Of a DNA stretch of 64,000 bases, positions 14,143 through 28,000 are shown piece by piece. Position 1 is the first letter of the stretch. Each line of letters begins with the position of its first letter. Position numbers and translations under genes: made by a program. The notes under the pieces are model-generated. The model was not told the origin of the DNA and searched no databases. It saw nothing but the letters and a program-made list of their open reading frames with translations. Source of the DNA: Eledone cirrhosa (taxonomy: Eukaryota); assembly GCA_964016885.1 (NCBI GenBank), contig OZ024740.1:404488001-404552000 (forward strand). The letters are read 5' to 3'.

Positions 14143-14993
14143 CACACATATATATATATGTGTGTGTGTGTGTATATATGTGTGTGTCTATGACCACTGT
14201 ATATAGATCAGACACCCACATATATATATATACACACATACATATATATATATACACACACATATATATATGTGAGTGTGTGCATATATATGTGTGTGTC
14301 TATGACCAGTGTATATAGATCACAGACACCCACATATATATATACACACACACATGGTGGCTGCCAACTCGTTTTCGAGTACGGCCACTACCTTATATCC
14401 ATATAGGAGAACCCCTACCAATGCGCTGAACGAGTGTGACTTTTTAGTCCAGCCAGCGACTTGAAAACTCTGGTACAAACACTACACTGGTGACAATTAT
14501 TGACACATAGTGCTGGGCCCATGGTACCATGTGACGACAAGTACAGAGAGATCTCCAGATATAAAGCAATGCCTGTGCCGTGAAGCTTTTATAGTGATCA
14601 AAGGCACTGCACAAAGCCAGTCCCACTCTCTTAAACAAGATGATATTTAACAAAAAGAAGAACAAGTCAACATCATAGGATACCATCAGGGTTGCAGGTG
14701 TTATATCAGAGTTTTCCTTCTCCAAGAATTCTGCCTTGACAAAGGCTAAGGGGTCATCTCTCCCGGTGATTTTGGATGGCCATTGACTCTTAAGGGCTCC
14801 TTTGCCCTTTGACAGGTTTTGTTTTTAGTCCTGCAGGATGTCCAAAGTCACCCTCCTCACCAAGAAACCTTGGTGGGGTTGCCAGTTTAGTCGTCAACGA
14901 CCCGACCATGAGACAGGTTGTACTGGGATTCATGTTACCAGTAGCACCAACTGGTGACCTGACATAATTATGGTACATACATACATACATACA

Positions 14994-15026
<33 letters not shown>

Positions 15027-15181
15027 GTATACACACACACATTTATATATATATATGTGAGTGTGCATATATATGTGTGTGTGTCTGACCAGTGTATATA
15101 GATCACAGACACCCATATATATATATATATACACACATATATATATATATATACACACACACACATTATATATATATATAT

Positions 15182-15189
<8 letters not shown>

Positions 15190-15262
<73 letters not shown>
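15190..15262. repeat. (TA)n microsatellite, one of many TA/CA/CATA/CAT tracts
   Basis: Direct observation. Confidence 0.95.
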
Positions 15263-15266
<4 letters not shown>

Positions 15267-15585
15267 TTAGTGGTTAGAGCATTGGCCTTGCAATCGAAAG
15301 GTTGTGAGTTCAATTCTCAGACCGAGTGATGTGTTGTTTCCTTGAGCAAGAGACTTTATTTCACATTGCTCCAGTTTACTCAGCTGTAGAAATGAGATGA
15401 TAGGGACTGGGGTCCCTATCATTCCACTGCAAAGTGGTCGTGGAGGTGCCACGGCAAAAAAGCACCCAGCACTCACTGTAAATGAGGTTGGTGTTAGGAA
15501 GGGCATCCAGCTGTAGAAATGAAGCCAGAATCAGTTCCCGTCCCACCCTTGCAAGCAGGGAAAAGTGGACGTAAAATGAAATGAT
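15262..15585 (+). mobile_element. tRNA-headed CORE-type SINE with RTE-related 3' modules
   Basis: A box TGGCTTAGTGG, B box GAGTTCAATTC, CORE-like tccttgagcaag.cactt...cagtttactcagctgtagaaatg, RTE-like tail. Confidence 0.82.
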
Positions 15586-15670
15586 ATATATATATGTGGA
15601 TGTCTGTGATCTATATACACTGGTCATAGACACACATATATATATGCACACACTCACATATATATATAAA

Positions 15671-15712
<42 letters not shown>

Positions 15713-16084
15713 TATATATATATATACACACACACACATTTATATATATGTGAGTGTGTGCATATATATGTGTGTGTCTATGACCAGTGTATATAGATCA
15801 CAGACACCCACATATATATATATATATACACACATACATATAAATATACACACACACATTTATATATATATATATATACATACACACACACATATATATA
15901 TAGGCCTTCCAGTTTCATTTCACATTATATACATGTCTGTGTATATATTAATTATTTTAAGATTATCTTCAAGTGAACATGACCTGGGTCACAGATGGTT
16001 TAGTAGTTGAATAAATTTCTTTCACATATAAATACAGTACTAAAAATAAAAAGGTGGTATGTAAATAAAAGGAGGGAGAAGACA

Positions 16085-17633
16085 CATTCAACCAATTCTG
16101 TCTGAACAACAGTGCTACTCCAGAACAGTGGAAAACTGCCAGTGTCATCCCTCTGTTCAACAAGGGTGACCGCACATCACCTGTGAACTATCGTCCAGTC
16201 AGTCTGACTAGTTGCATCGCCAAACTGATGGAATCCTGTGTCAGAGAAACGCTTTGGAACTTCTGGAACTCTCACAGTCTTATCCGGCCCTCGCAATTTG
16301 GATTTATCCCCAACTCCAGCTGCTGTGATCAACTTATAGAGTTTCTTGAGGACATCACCCGGATCACTGATGGCGGCTCATGGATGGATGTTGTTTACTT
16401 TGACTTTGCGAAAACCTTCAATTCTGTGTCACACAAAAGGCTTATGGCAAAACTCTCTGCAATGGGTGTGAAGGATGATCTTTTTAACTGGTTGAAGTCC
16501 TTCATTCTCAGTCGAAGAGAGGTAGTCACGGTTCTGGGACAGCATTCCTCACCATATGAGATGTCATCTGGTGTACCACAGGGATCTGTTCTTGGCCCCC
16601 TTTTGTTTGTGGCATATATTAATGACATAGATGCCAACTTAAAGAATGCCACGGTACTAAAGTACGCAGACGACATCAAGCTGTACCTTGAGATAAAAAG
16701 GACAGATCCTGAACACTATAGATCTTGCTTTCAGTCTGACCTGGACACAATGCAACAATGGATCTCAGACTGGCAATCAAGCTAGCTGTGGACAAGTGCA
16801 CCACCATGCATTTTGGGAGTAAAAACCCAGCGTCCATATACTCCCTCCACAGCACTAATATCAAGAAGTCTTCTTGTGAACGTGACCTGGGCATTACGGT
16901 CAGCAGCGATTTGCGTTGGACGAAGCACGTCTCTAAAATTGTCAAGAGGGCTGAGGGTGTCTTAGCATCACTCAGCAAGACCTTTGTCAGCCGCTCTCCA
17001 GATATCTATTTAAGGCTGTACATGGCTATGGTGCGGCCACACTTAGAATTTGCATCACCAGTCTGGAACCCCTATCTTGCTCAGAACATTGACTGCCTGG
17101 AAACTGTTCAGAGACGTGCAACCAAGCGAATACTCTCCATCAGGCATCTACCATACTCTGAGCGCCTTGCTTCCCTGGGCATGGATACATTGAAGCTCCA
17201 ACGCCTGGCAACTGACTTGGTAAACACCCACAAAATTGTTAACCATCTTGCCAACAACAACCCTGAGTACCTTTTTGATTTCCATGTGTCTAACACACAT
17301 GGACATGCCCACAAAGTCAGAAAATAGCACAGTTCCCATGACTTTCGGAAACATTTTTCACACTCAGAGTTGCTGAAGCATGAAACAAACTACCTGCATC
17401 AGTTGTTAGCTGTCGAGACACTGCATCCTTTAAGGCCTCCATGCTTCCCGAGATCCGCCAACACTACAGCTAATGTTCCCCCTCCGTACACATACACACA
17501 TGTATACCATGACTCATACACTATTCGCTTCCCTGACATTTGTGTATTATTCTATGTACTATACATACACCTTTGACGAGTTGTAGTGCACCTGAGCACT
17601 TTACACAATAATTTCATTATTATTATTATTATT
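16085..17633 (+). mobile_element. 5'-truncated CR1-clade LINE (RT plus 3' UTR, (ATT)n tail)
   Basis: NYRPVSLTS, YFDFAK, SGVPQGSVLGPLLF, YADD, ERDLGI, RPHLEFASPVWNP, VQRRATK; frameshift near 16775. Confidence 0.9.
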
Positions 17634-18651
17634 ATACAACACAAGGGGTATTGAAGCCTCCTTCTAATAATTGTTTCTACTTTTGGCACAAGGCCAGCAA
17701 TTACCCAGTACATTACTGGTACTTTATTTTATCGACCCCGTAAGGATGAAAGGCAAAGTTAACCTCGGCGGGATTTGAACTCAGAATGGCAAGGGCCGTA
17801 ACTCTATGCGTCAAAGCATGACGTCCGACCCTCTACCGATACTGCAAGGCAAGCCATCACACACACACAGCATTGATGTAGGTGACAGTGAGGCTAAAAC
17901 CCTAAAATAAGCAAGCACCCTCACAAGCATCACCTGATATATCAGTAAGGTGAACTGCCAACAGTGACAAGAACCTCATCGCTAGCAGCCCAACTCCCTC
18001 AAACATCTCTAGCACCACAGGCTGAAAATTATAGTTTGAAATATAAAACTAGATTAAAGTGGAAAAATTCTGACAGATTAAAACTGGTAGGAATATTCCT
18101 GTCTTTTACACTAGGCACAAAGTTCTTGTATTTTAGAAGTAAAGAAAACACTGACATCCAAACATTTCTCCAAGGGCATTAGTAATATAAATTACTGCTG
18201 CTCTTGTTTAGTCCCAGGTCAGCCTGATAGAGCAGATCTATGATCAAAGGCATTCCAAACATGACAATCCCATTTGTTTTTCCTGGGAATCTAGGACCAG
18301 TGTGTTAATTTTAGCAAGATTTAGTTACCTTTTCCCTCAGGACAAGCAAAATCATAGATATTTCTTTTCTGACTCAAAGCATTGTACTTAATGTTAGGAG
18401 AAATGATGGTCACTCTATAGTGTAGTGTACTGGTAACACTCTATAGCTTAGCGTAATATATGCATGGCTCAGTAGTTAAGAAGTTTGTTTCACAATCATG
18501 GGGTTCTAAGTTCAATCCTACTGCTTAGCATGATGTCATTGCCATAGCCTCAGGTCAGCTCAAGCTTTGTAAGTGAAACTGGATAAGTAGTTCAAAGGTC
18601 CAAGCTTGCCCCATATTTTGTCATGGGGATTTGGCTTGTGAATTACATTAA

Positions 18652-18872
18652 CCCTTTAACCTTTAAACTAGCCATATCCGGCCAAAATTTCCTCACCTCT
18701 TTCAAATCAAACTGGATGTAACCTGCCACTCATACTTATGTTAAGGTATAGCTCTCAAAATAAATAATATCAAAATCTCATAGATTCGATATTATGTGAG
18801 ATAATTATGTGAGGTAAAGCCTTTACCATGAAAATATAATAGTTTATCTAGAGTAATGTAAATGCTAAAGGG
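18652..18872. mobile_element. piggyBac-type MITE (TTAA TSD, CCCTTTA...TAAAGGG ends)
   Basis: ttaa|ccctttaac...gctaaaggg|ttaa; homologous copies elsewhere in the window. Confidence 0.82.
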
Positions 18873-19313
18873 TTAAGGGTACATCTGACTGTGGAATACT
18901 CAACCACTTATAATTAACGAGATGGAGATTCAATTGATTGAACAACTGAATGCTTATTGTCAAAACTGATGAAGAATCCATTATCATCATAAGATATCTG
19001 ATTCAACTAATCTCACCAGTGAGATTGTTTTTGTTTTGTTTTTTTGTTTTTTTTTCTGTCTCAAATTGGTGCTATTAATGTCTAATATCATTATATTTTC
19101 AAAAATGAAAAAAAAAACATCAATTAGCAAAACCAGATCTAACAAAGAATTTATTTTTAGATTTAAAGTTTGAGTTGAAAATGGATAAAAGAAGCATTTA
19201 TTCCTTTCCTTATCAAATTTCTAATGAAATACACTCAGGATTTTCAAAGAATTTTGAAAAATATTAAAAAATTTCAATGAATTTAGTAACATAACTAATT
19301 CTTTCATTATTAA

Positions 19314-19754
19314 CCCTTTACCATTTTAACCGGTTGTATCTGGCCAGAATTCTCTCACCTCTTTCTGTTCAAACCAGCTGTAACTGGCTGTGCATACTGA
19401 TGTTCAAGTATTGTTCTCAAAATAAATAATGTAAAAATCTCATAGATTCGATATTGTGTGAGATAATTATGTGAGGTAAAGCCTTTACTGTGAAAATATA
19501 ATAGTAAATATAGAATAATTGTTTCTACTTTTGGTACAAGGCCAGCAACTACCCAGTGCATTACTGGTACTTTATTTTATCGACCCCCGTAAGGATGAAA
19601 GCAAAGTTAACCTCGGCGGGATTTGAACTCAGACTGTAAAGGGATGTAACTATGCTGCAAAGCATGGCGTCTGACCCGCTACCGATACTGTCAATCCACC
19701 GCCCTAATAAATATAGAATAATAATAAATATAGAATAATGCGAATGCTAAAGGG
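19314..19754. mobile_element. piggyBac-type MITE interrupted by a SINE (about 19515-19702)
   Basis: Same TIRs; the SINE is flanked by a duplicated taaatatagaataat. Confidence 0.78.
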
Positions 19755-20779
19755 TCAAGTTAGTATTTGGAATATAATTTAATAAAAATTATCGCATAAA
19801 ATTATGATGGCGTTTTTTTTTTTTAAGGGAAGGGGGAGATATAAACATTTAAGACAAATAGTTTTGTATTGTTTAACCAGTGGCAGTATCATGTGAAATT
19901 TGTTATTAAAAAGGTTAAGGTTATCTAGAAACTGGTTTACATTGAGAAATAAATAAATATATAAATACACTAATAAATCTAAAACTTTACTTCTAAGCAT
20001 GAATATAAACAGTAGCTAGAAACTATTTCTCAAACATGACAGAACAAGTATTTTAAACTGAACACATTTACATCTACCCTCTTTCTTTTCTTCCATTTAA
20101 ACAGAATGGATAATATTTTATGAATATATGTGTATGATTCTGTGTGTGTGTGTGCATATGACTCTGTGTGTGTGTGTTTAGTGTGTTAGCAAAATTCTCT
20201 CCCTATTCCCTGTTAAATTGAAGGAATAATTAGATTTGTGCACACATGAATGCATGTGACTCTGTGAATGTTAGATTTAAAATGAAGCTACTAAGCTGAA
20301 ACTTCAAAGTCCCAAACAATTTTCTACTTAGAAAATAAATTTCTACAATCTACCCAGTATTGAGTGCTCATATGGTTAGTATTTGAAAGATAAACAGATA
20401 TTCTAAAATTATAGGATATAGGTATTATATATATCATCATCATTACCACCATAATCATCATCAGTTTTATTTACATCCTCTTTTCCATGCTAGCATAGAT
20501 TGGATAAGACTTTTTTGAAGGAGTTTCTCTATGGCCAGATGAGCTTCCTGATGCAAATTTATAGATTATTTCTAAGTATGGTACATACTGCTGACATCTG
20601 TCGAACTGACTAGATGTATGGTTCATGAGGGACATAAAGAAACATCACCACTTGCTTTAAATGTTATAGATATGAAGACACATGAAATACACACATATAT
20701 ACATATATTTATATATATATGTGATGAACTCTCCCGTTGTATATTGACATATGAGTATCCAACAGTCTTCTCAGTTCAT

Positions 20780-23450
20780 TTTTTAATGGTTATGCCTTAA
20801 ATGGCACTTTAGTCCAGCTGCTGATTTACACATCAAGCTGCATTTAGTGCAGATGACAGGATTTTGAGTGAAGCAGGCTGGAAGGTTTGATCAGATCTTG
20901 GTGTTAGATCTCAGACCACAAAGATGGACCAGACAAGTTCATTATACCCTCATGGCAGACAGCTCCTCATTTTCCATGGTTAGCAGCTAGGCTTTCAAAA
21001 GCAGTAAGAGGTATGTTCACAGATTTAAGACTATACTTCAATTTGCCTTTACATCTGATTAATGGTTGTCCTACATTACATACACCATTATAAAGTTGAT
21101 GGTATAACAGTACCTTAGGTGTAGAGTCCTCAGTTATCTGTAGGACATGACCAGCCCATCTGGGTTGGGATTGAATCAGAAATGACACAATCCCACTGAT
21201 GTTGTACCTTGTGAACAGACCAGCATTGAAGACACTGTCAGAGAATGCATAACCACAGACAGAGTGAAGACAATGTTTGTGGAAGACATCAAGCTTATAA
21301 ATGTGGGTGCAATAAAGTGTCCATGACTCCGAGCCATATAAAAGTGTTGTCAGTACCACTGCATGATATACTGCCACTTTAGTTTTCAGGGATATACCTC
21401 TGACACCTCATAGATGATGATGTAGTTTGCTAAAGGTGTCAGTTGCTTTGGAGATGTGAATGATGATCTTATCATCCAGGGATGCAGAGTGGTTCACCTT
21501 GCTGCCAATGTAAGTAAAGGAGTTCACATACTTCAGATCCTTGCCATCAACAGTGATGGCAACATGGAGATGTCCATGCCCCAGCTGTCTTTGCTCAATT
21601 CTACTTGTCAAGGGGTGATTGTACCACCCCAGTTTTCTTAATGCTGATTTTTTAACCAAATGCCTCACAGGCAAGCATGAAGCAATTCATCAATTCTTGT
21701 ATTCCTTTGAGGGATGTTGTAACAAGAACAGCATCATCAATAAACAATAAATCCCAAATAACTCTTGTTCATGTAAACCTTAAAGCACTGATAGTGGAAT
21801 AACCCACTTGATGTATGAAATTCAAATCTGGCATCAGTGTCTAAGTCACCAAATGCATACTGGAACATTACAGAGAAGATCAAAGCAAAGAGAACAAAAG
21901 CCATGACACAACCCTGGGTTTAGAGCATTCACCATTTGACATAATTGATGCTTATGAAAAGACATGTTAACATACAACATATTCTCAGGTATGCCAAGCT
22001 TTTTGAAGATTTTCCAGAGAACTTTGCAATAGACAATTTCAAAGGCTTTGATCAAGTCGACAAAGACCATAAACAGTTCTTGGTTCTTTTTATAAACCTT
22101 TTCTGTAACTTGGTGAAGGGAAAAAAATCATGTCATTAGTAAACCTACCTGTGTGGAAACCACATTGATTTTCAAGGTAGATATCATCAAGTCTGGATGT
22201 AATTCTGTTGAGAATGACATGGGCAAGTACCTTACTTGTAGTATAGAGAAGGGAGATGCCGCGTAAGTTGTCAGATAGATTTTTTTTTTTTCTTGAAGAG
22301 ATGGATTATAGATGCATCTCTGAAGTCTTGAGAGACATGTTTGAACTTCCAGATTTCCAGAAATAGCAGAAGCTTATGAATCAGTTTTTAACCACCATAT
22401 TTGAAATTTTCAGGTGGCATGTCATCTTTATCAGGAACTTTATTGGATGAAAGTTACTTGTATAACAGGGTTACTGGGTTGTATGAATATAATAGGACAC
22501 TAGGTTGTGTGTATAAAGTTTATTTAACAAGGTTGAGTTACGTAGAGCAGAATAGTTGACATGCCAAGATAGATGAAAGTTGAATTAAAGTTAGTTGTAT
22601 TACCGTTTTGAAGTCATCTCGCAAGAGACCAAGTGGTCTTTACATTACCATGTTCAGGTTGCCAGAGAGTATAATCTCGGCGAACGCGCCTGGCCAAAGG
22701 GCCAGGCAGGTTAGAAGAGAGGGAGAGAGCTGAAAGCTCTCTCCTTTATAGGGTCCCAGGACTGAAGTGACAAAGGTTCTGCCACCTCAACGGGAAGTAA
22801 CTCCAGCTACTTCTTGTCTAGAGAGCACTACTGGTGATAAGGGAGGCAACTCTTGCTACACTTGATAGTGGCTTGTACTTCATTCAAGCTTGGGTTGAAT
22901 GTTAATCTCCGACTTTTGTGAAATAGATAGTATTATATCTTCATCCATGTTTGACTCAGCATTTAGGACAAAGTGTTCCTTCCATCAAAAGAGTATCTTA
23001 GATTTGTCTGTGCATAGGGTTGTGCCAGCAGAAGATAGAACTGGATTTGACCTGCTCTCCTGCAGACCATTATAAAAGGCTCTTGAGTCTTTTCTATCAG
23101 CAGTGTCTTGTTGTTCATCTGCTTTAGCTGCCTACCAGGCATCCTTCATCTTTCTAAGTGAGGACTGTGTCTGCTTCTTACAATCTTTATAGGCATTCTT
23201 TTTAGTAGTTGAGTTTTTATTTCCTATCCGAAGCCTGTGTAGATTAGATTTTGGACATCTGAGTTGCTCTCATCAAACCAATCCTGATGTTTGCTCATAG
23301 AAACCCTAACTCTATGGAGGCTGCATTGGTGGCATCTGTGAAGGGTTTCCAGGAAGTCTCAATATGATCAGAAATCTAGACAGAGTCGAGGGATGAGTCA
23401 AGTTTTGCAGAGTTCCAGCCTATCAGTGAATCTCACAGCACTCACCTTGG
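20780..23450 (-). mobile_element. Degraded RTE/BovB-like LINE with a C-terminal C2H2-like remnant, interrupted by a solo LTR
   Basis: VFVDLIKAF, FTYIGS, VYHAVVLTTLLYGSESW and RWAGHV fragments in several frames. Confidence 0.8.
22461..22860 (-). mobile_element. Solo LTR related to 12894-13261 (4-bp TSD CTTG)
   Basis: Reverse strand TGTAGCAAGAGTTGCCTCCCTT...TTCATACAACCCAGTAACCCTGTTATA; CTTG on both sides. Confidence 0.72.
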
Positions 23451-23479
23451 AATTTCTACCTACTCCTTTTCTACATAAT

Positions 23480-24100
23480 GAGCATAGCCATTGGTTTGAT
23501 GATAGCAGTCTTATCCCCTTTCCTGCTTACTAAAATTTTGGTCATTGCTAGGTATACTTTGAGACTCTTTGATTCTAGATTTTGCTCTCACAAGCCATTC
23601 ATCTATCCTTAACTTCCTAAGCAGCCATCAGATTATAGAGTGTGGGATTCTGTAAAAGGTCTTTTTAAGTTGACAAATGCTTAGTTAAGTACTTTTCTTG
23701 TAGTTGTTTCACTAGAAAGATGACTTCAGTAATACTTCTCCCTGGCATAAAGCCAAACTGCATCTTGCCAAGATTAATCCTATCCTTAATCAGCTTTATC
23801 TTTGTGTAATCTTTATAATCTGATCCAGCAATTTGGTGCCTCTCTTTACCCTTATAGTAGTTGATAATGAGGCTACTATGCTAGTCATTGAGTATGACAC
23901 CTTCCTGTACTTCATGGTTTACTATACAAGAGACTAGCCTGAGTCCTGCTCCACTAGGTAATTTAACCATCTCGGGGACAACAGGCCAGTTGCTTTCCCT
24001 ACCTTCATATCCTTTACTATACTACAGTCAACTTTGATGGCTGATCCCTCAGTAAACTTGAAGTAGACACTTACTATCCCATACATTCTCTTCATTAAGG
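23480..24100 (-). mobile_element. Highly degraded RTE RT fragment
   Basis: Reverse strand reads MQFGFMPGRSITEVIFLVKQLQEK...AFVNLKKTF. Confidence 0.65.
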
Positions 24101-24947
24101 GATCGTCATTGCTGGAATGCTTTTGACCATAGGTTTGTTCAGTCAGGGCTTACTTGGGTCTAAATAATTACAAGGTAGAGTAGTCTGCTCTTCGCCATGT
24201 TCCAAATATTTAGCATCTTTAGTTTGACAATCTGTTATAAATTCAAACTACACTGTATCCATCACAAACCTACCTCACATTTATTACCTTACTGTAGCAT
24301 TCTTTGTTTCTATCATTATTTAGCCTACTAAATGGTCTGAGTTCAAATCCCGTCGAGGTTAACTTTGCCTTTCATCCCTACGGGATCAATAAAATAAAGT
24401 ACCAGTAATACACTGAGATAATTGCTGGCCTTGTGCCAAAAAGTAGAAACAATTATTTAGCCTACTAAAGAGTGGTGGATTGACAGAGTCATTAGAGTAA
24501 TGGACAAATGCTTAGCATTATTAGTTCTGGTTCTTTATGTTCTGAGTTCAAATCCTGCTTAGGTCAACTTTGCCTTTCTCCCTTCCAAGGTTGATAAAAT
24601 AAAGTACCAGTCAAGTACTGGGATCGATATAATTGACTTTCCCCATCCCCTGAAATTGCTCTGGTTATATAAATTCTTATAATATTTTCCCTAGTTTTTA
24701 ATTAACCAGACAAATTCTATTCATAAGCTGTTTAACAAAAACACACATCATTCTCTTTTGTTCTCAAGATAAAGAAATAAAAAGTGAAAAACCTTATTTG
24801 TAATATTGAAAGTTTAATATACAAGGTGAATTGCATAAGTATGCATAAGTAGAGTATAAAATCTCTTCCTATTGCACTCCATCTAGAAAATAAACAAGAA
24901 GCTATCCACTCTTGCAGTTTGGGCTATCTACACAAGTACTAAATTAG

Positions 24948-25079
24948 TTATCGGTATAAATAGTCAGCTTGGAGATTAGCAGCTATTTCTGGTTCCCATT
25001 TGTCACCATTAGTGAGCAATTTCTCTTTATTATAAAGTAATTCTTCGCGTGTTTCAGTGGAAAACTCAAAATTGGGACC
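24948..25079 (-). CDS. NDUFS8: NDUFS8 exon 6 (GPNFEF...DYLYR*)
   Basis: ttttttcag acceptor; conserved C-terminus. Confidence 0.95.
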   Translation of the reverse strand, partial: GPNFEFSTETREELLYNKEKLLTNGDKWEPEIAANLQADYLYR

Positions 25080-28000
25080 CTGAAAAAAAGAATAAAAAGT
25101 CATAAGAAAATCTATACAAAGTATTTTGAAATCCTTAAAAGCAAATATCTGTGTAAACAATTTATTCAAATACTCTCTCGTATATCAAAAGATAAAAATC
25201 AAATACAAAAATAAGTCTACATTTAAACATTTTTAAAAAAATCATCCTATTACACTAATATAAAGAAAGTATAGATTTCTTTTAAAATCATGGAGCTTTA
25301 CATCTATTTAGTATGAAACATGCCAAAAATGCATTGTATAAAGGCAACAAGGACTCTACAAGCTACATCAGAGACAACTCATCAAAGAGGACAGTAACTG
25401 TGAATAATACAGGGTAGACATGACTCTTTGATCCAGTCATAGAAGTAGTATAAAGTGTCCATAACCCATGTTGTAAAGGGATTAATGGTTGGAAGTGCAT
25501 CTAGCTATAAAATCCATGCCAAACAAAGGAAGGAAATGGATGAAGGTGACATAGACTCTGCAACCTGAAGCAAATGTAACTCCTCCAGGGGGACAGTAAC
25601 TCTAAATAAGAACTAATGCAGAGCAGTGTGAAGTCTTTAGTGTCTCTGACATAGTAACATGCACTCCATCCAAGCTGCAAAATGCTATCGAATGCTTTGG
25701 AGAAATCGATGAAGCTGATGGCGAGGGGCCTCTGGAATTCGTTGTACCTCTCAATGATGCGGCGTAGCGTAAAGATGTGCTCTGCACGGGAACGTTTTGG
25801 TCGGAACCCTGCCTGTTGTTCTCGCAGTTCCCGGTCTACCATGCCACGCATGCGGTTCAGGATCACTAGACAATAAACCTTCCCTGGTATGGAGAGAAGT
25901 GTCACTCCCCTCCAGTTGTCACAATCGGCAAGGTTGCCCTTCTTGGGGATACAGACAACCGCTCCGTTTCTCCAGTCCTCTGAAACATGGCACCTTAAGA
26001 CCAGCCAAGAGAAGAAGTTGGACGCATTCGATACACATGTCTGCGAAAGATCCTGGGGATTAAATGGAATGACCATGTAACGAACCAGGAAGTCAGGAAC
26101 CGCACCAACCAGCAGCTAGTCTCTTCTACCATCTGCAAGCGACGCCTGGGCTGGTTTGGACAAGCTTTGAGACTTCCCCCGGAGAGACTGGCGAACAAAG
26201 TACTTAAATGGAGCCCGCAGGGAAGCAGATGGAGAGGGCGACCCAAAATGAACTGGCGCCAGACAGTTGAGAGAGACCTGTGAGCAACAAACAGACAATG
26301 GCGGGACGCTGTGCAACTGGCTGCTGACCGAACGCTATGGAACACTATGATTGCGGGAGAGTCTGAGTCTGAGATACCATATGATTATAGAAGATTTTTT
26401 TTTTAAATTATAAGGAATTTGAAAGGATTTAGGGATATAACAAACTTTTACATAATTAAGCTGGTGTTTGGAACATAAAGTTCTTAAATAAAATTATGAT
26501 GGAAGGTTTTAGATAAATAAATACACTTAAAAACAAACATTTCTCTACAATAGAAGCAGGGTCATTTTCAAGCAGTTTGGTATCAAAAAGTTTAAAATAA
26601 AAAAGGTTAATTTTTACCTCAACAATTGCATCAACAGGGCAAGCTTCCTGACAAAATCCACAATAAATGCATTTTGTCATATCGATATCATATCTGGTGG
26701 TTCTTCGACTGCCATCAGCACGTGTCTCAGCTTCAATGGTAATAGCCTATCAACAGACCCATATAGAAAACAGCTAAAAACAATCATATTTTGCCACAAA
26801 AACAATAAATGCTTTACAGTCATTTTCTCCGATAAAGCAGGGGTTTTTAAGCTCCATGACAAGCTTCTCCATTTTGCCCAATCTTCTGCACCTCTCTTCA
26901 TCAATCCCCTGACTTTCATTTCCTGCTCCATTATCTTTAGATGTTTTCCTTAGTCTTTCTCTTCCACATATATTTCCACCATTCCTCTCACCCAGTCACT
27001 TTAACACGTCACATAACCATTTTATTCCATTTTTCTTCACAACATTCACCACTGGCTCTATTCCCATCATACATCCACCACACATGACCCAGCCATCTCA
27101 TTCCATTTTACTTCACAACATTTATCACTGGCTCTGTTCCAATGATCCACAACAATTCTTTGCTTGTCTTCCCCTCTCTGAATGATACTCTGCTCTTCTA
27201 TTGAATCATTATCATTTCCATTCTTTCCAGTCTTTTCTGCTGTTGCATGTTTATCCCCCATGTTCTGCAGAAGTTAATGTTTTATCTTCAATCAAACATC
27301 ATAAAACAATTATTCTTTGAATTGTTTCAGTTGTTGGACTGAGTCCATTAAATGCCTCATAAAAAAATGCTTTCATCACTCAACAGCAATAACCACCAGC
27401 TTTTTAAAGACATTTCCTCTGCTAAAGAGTTAGCTTTGTAAGTCCCATAATAGACTTCATACTCTTCATGGAGTCCTTTTGAGGCAATGTTTTCAGCTGG
27501 ATATTCTTCCTGATGCCAACTCATTTGTTGCTTAGGACATATAGGTACACTGTGTACCTATTCTAAAAGCTAGAAGCTATAGCTATTGCTTAAAATTTCA
27601 ATTGTGAAGCAGAACTAAAACTAGCTGTCGGCAGGTAGACTGAAGCAAGTAGTTAGCTACTTTGCCCAAAAATGGTAAGGTAAACTATAGTATCGCAATT
27701 ATAAACCAACAAATTTTAATCTGCACTTGTCACTTATGAATGTCAGTCCAGCAAACTAAACAGGCATCCCAAAACAGACTGTTAAACTGAACTCCACACA
27801 AATACTGACCAAGTATGGCTATAATAGGTGCAGATGTGGTTGTGGGCTTAAGAAGTTCACTTTCACAACATGGTTTTTGGCTCAATTCTATTGTGTGGTA
27901 CTTTAGGCAAGTGTCTTCTATAATAGCCTTGGGCCAACATATATCCTGTGAGTGAATTTGATAGATGGAAACTGTAAAGAAGCCCATCAAAGCTACATAT

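Larger units (their letters stand above)
12272..16003 (+). mobile_element. H1 Helitron-like copy expanded by nested insertions
   Basis: 13472-13790 and 15700-16003 align with 4950-5600; the 5' TC at 12272 is separated from the rest by the H2 insertion. Confidence 0.68.

Noticed and set aside
14355-14965. GC-richer island inside the microsatellite block
   Set aside because: Probably retroelement debris, but I found no motif that allows a family call.
15262-15325. tRNA-like sequence with A and B boxes (also at about 9897 and 14075)
   Set aside because: It runs straight into a CORE domain and has no proper acceptor stem, so it is a SINE head, not a tRNA gene.
14790-16010. ORFs rich in YI/CV/HT repeats (also 5138, 14136, 29682, 53674)
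   Set aside because: They are translations of TA/CA/TG microsatellites, not genes.
26815-27270. Purine/pyrimidine-skewed stretch (similar at 38330-38650)
   Set aside because: It looks like very old RTE 3' fragments, too decayed to give boundaries.
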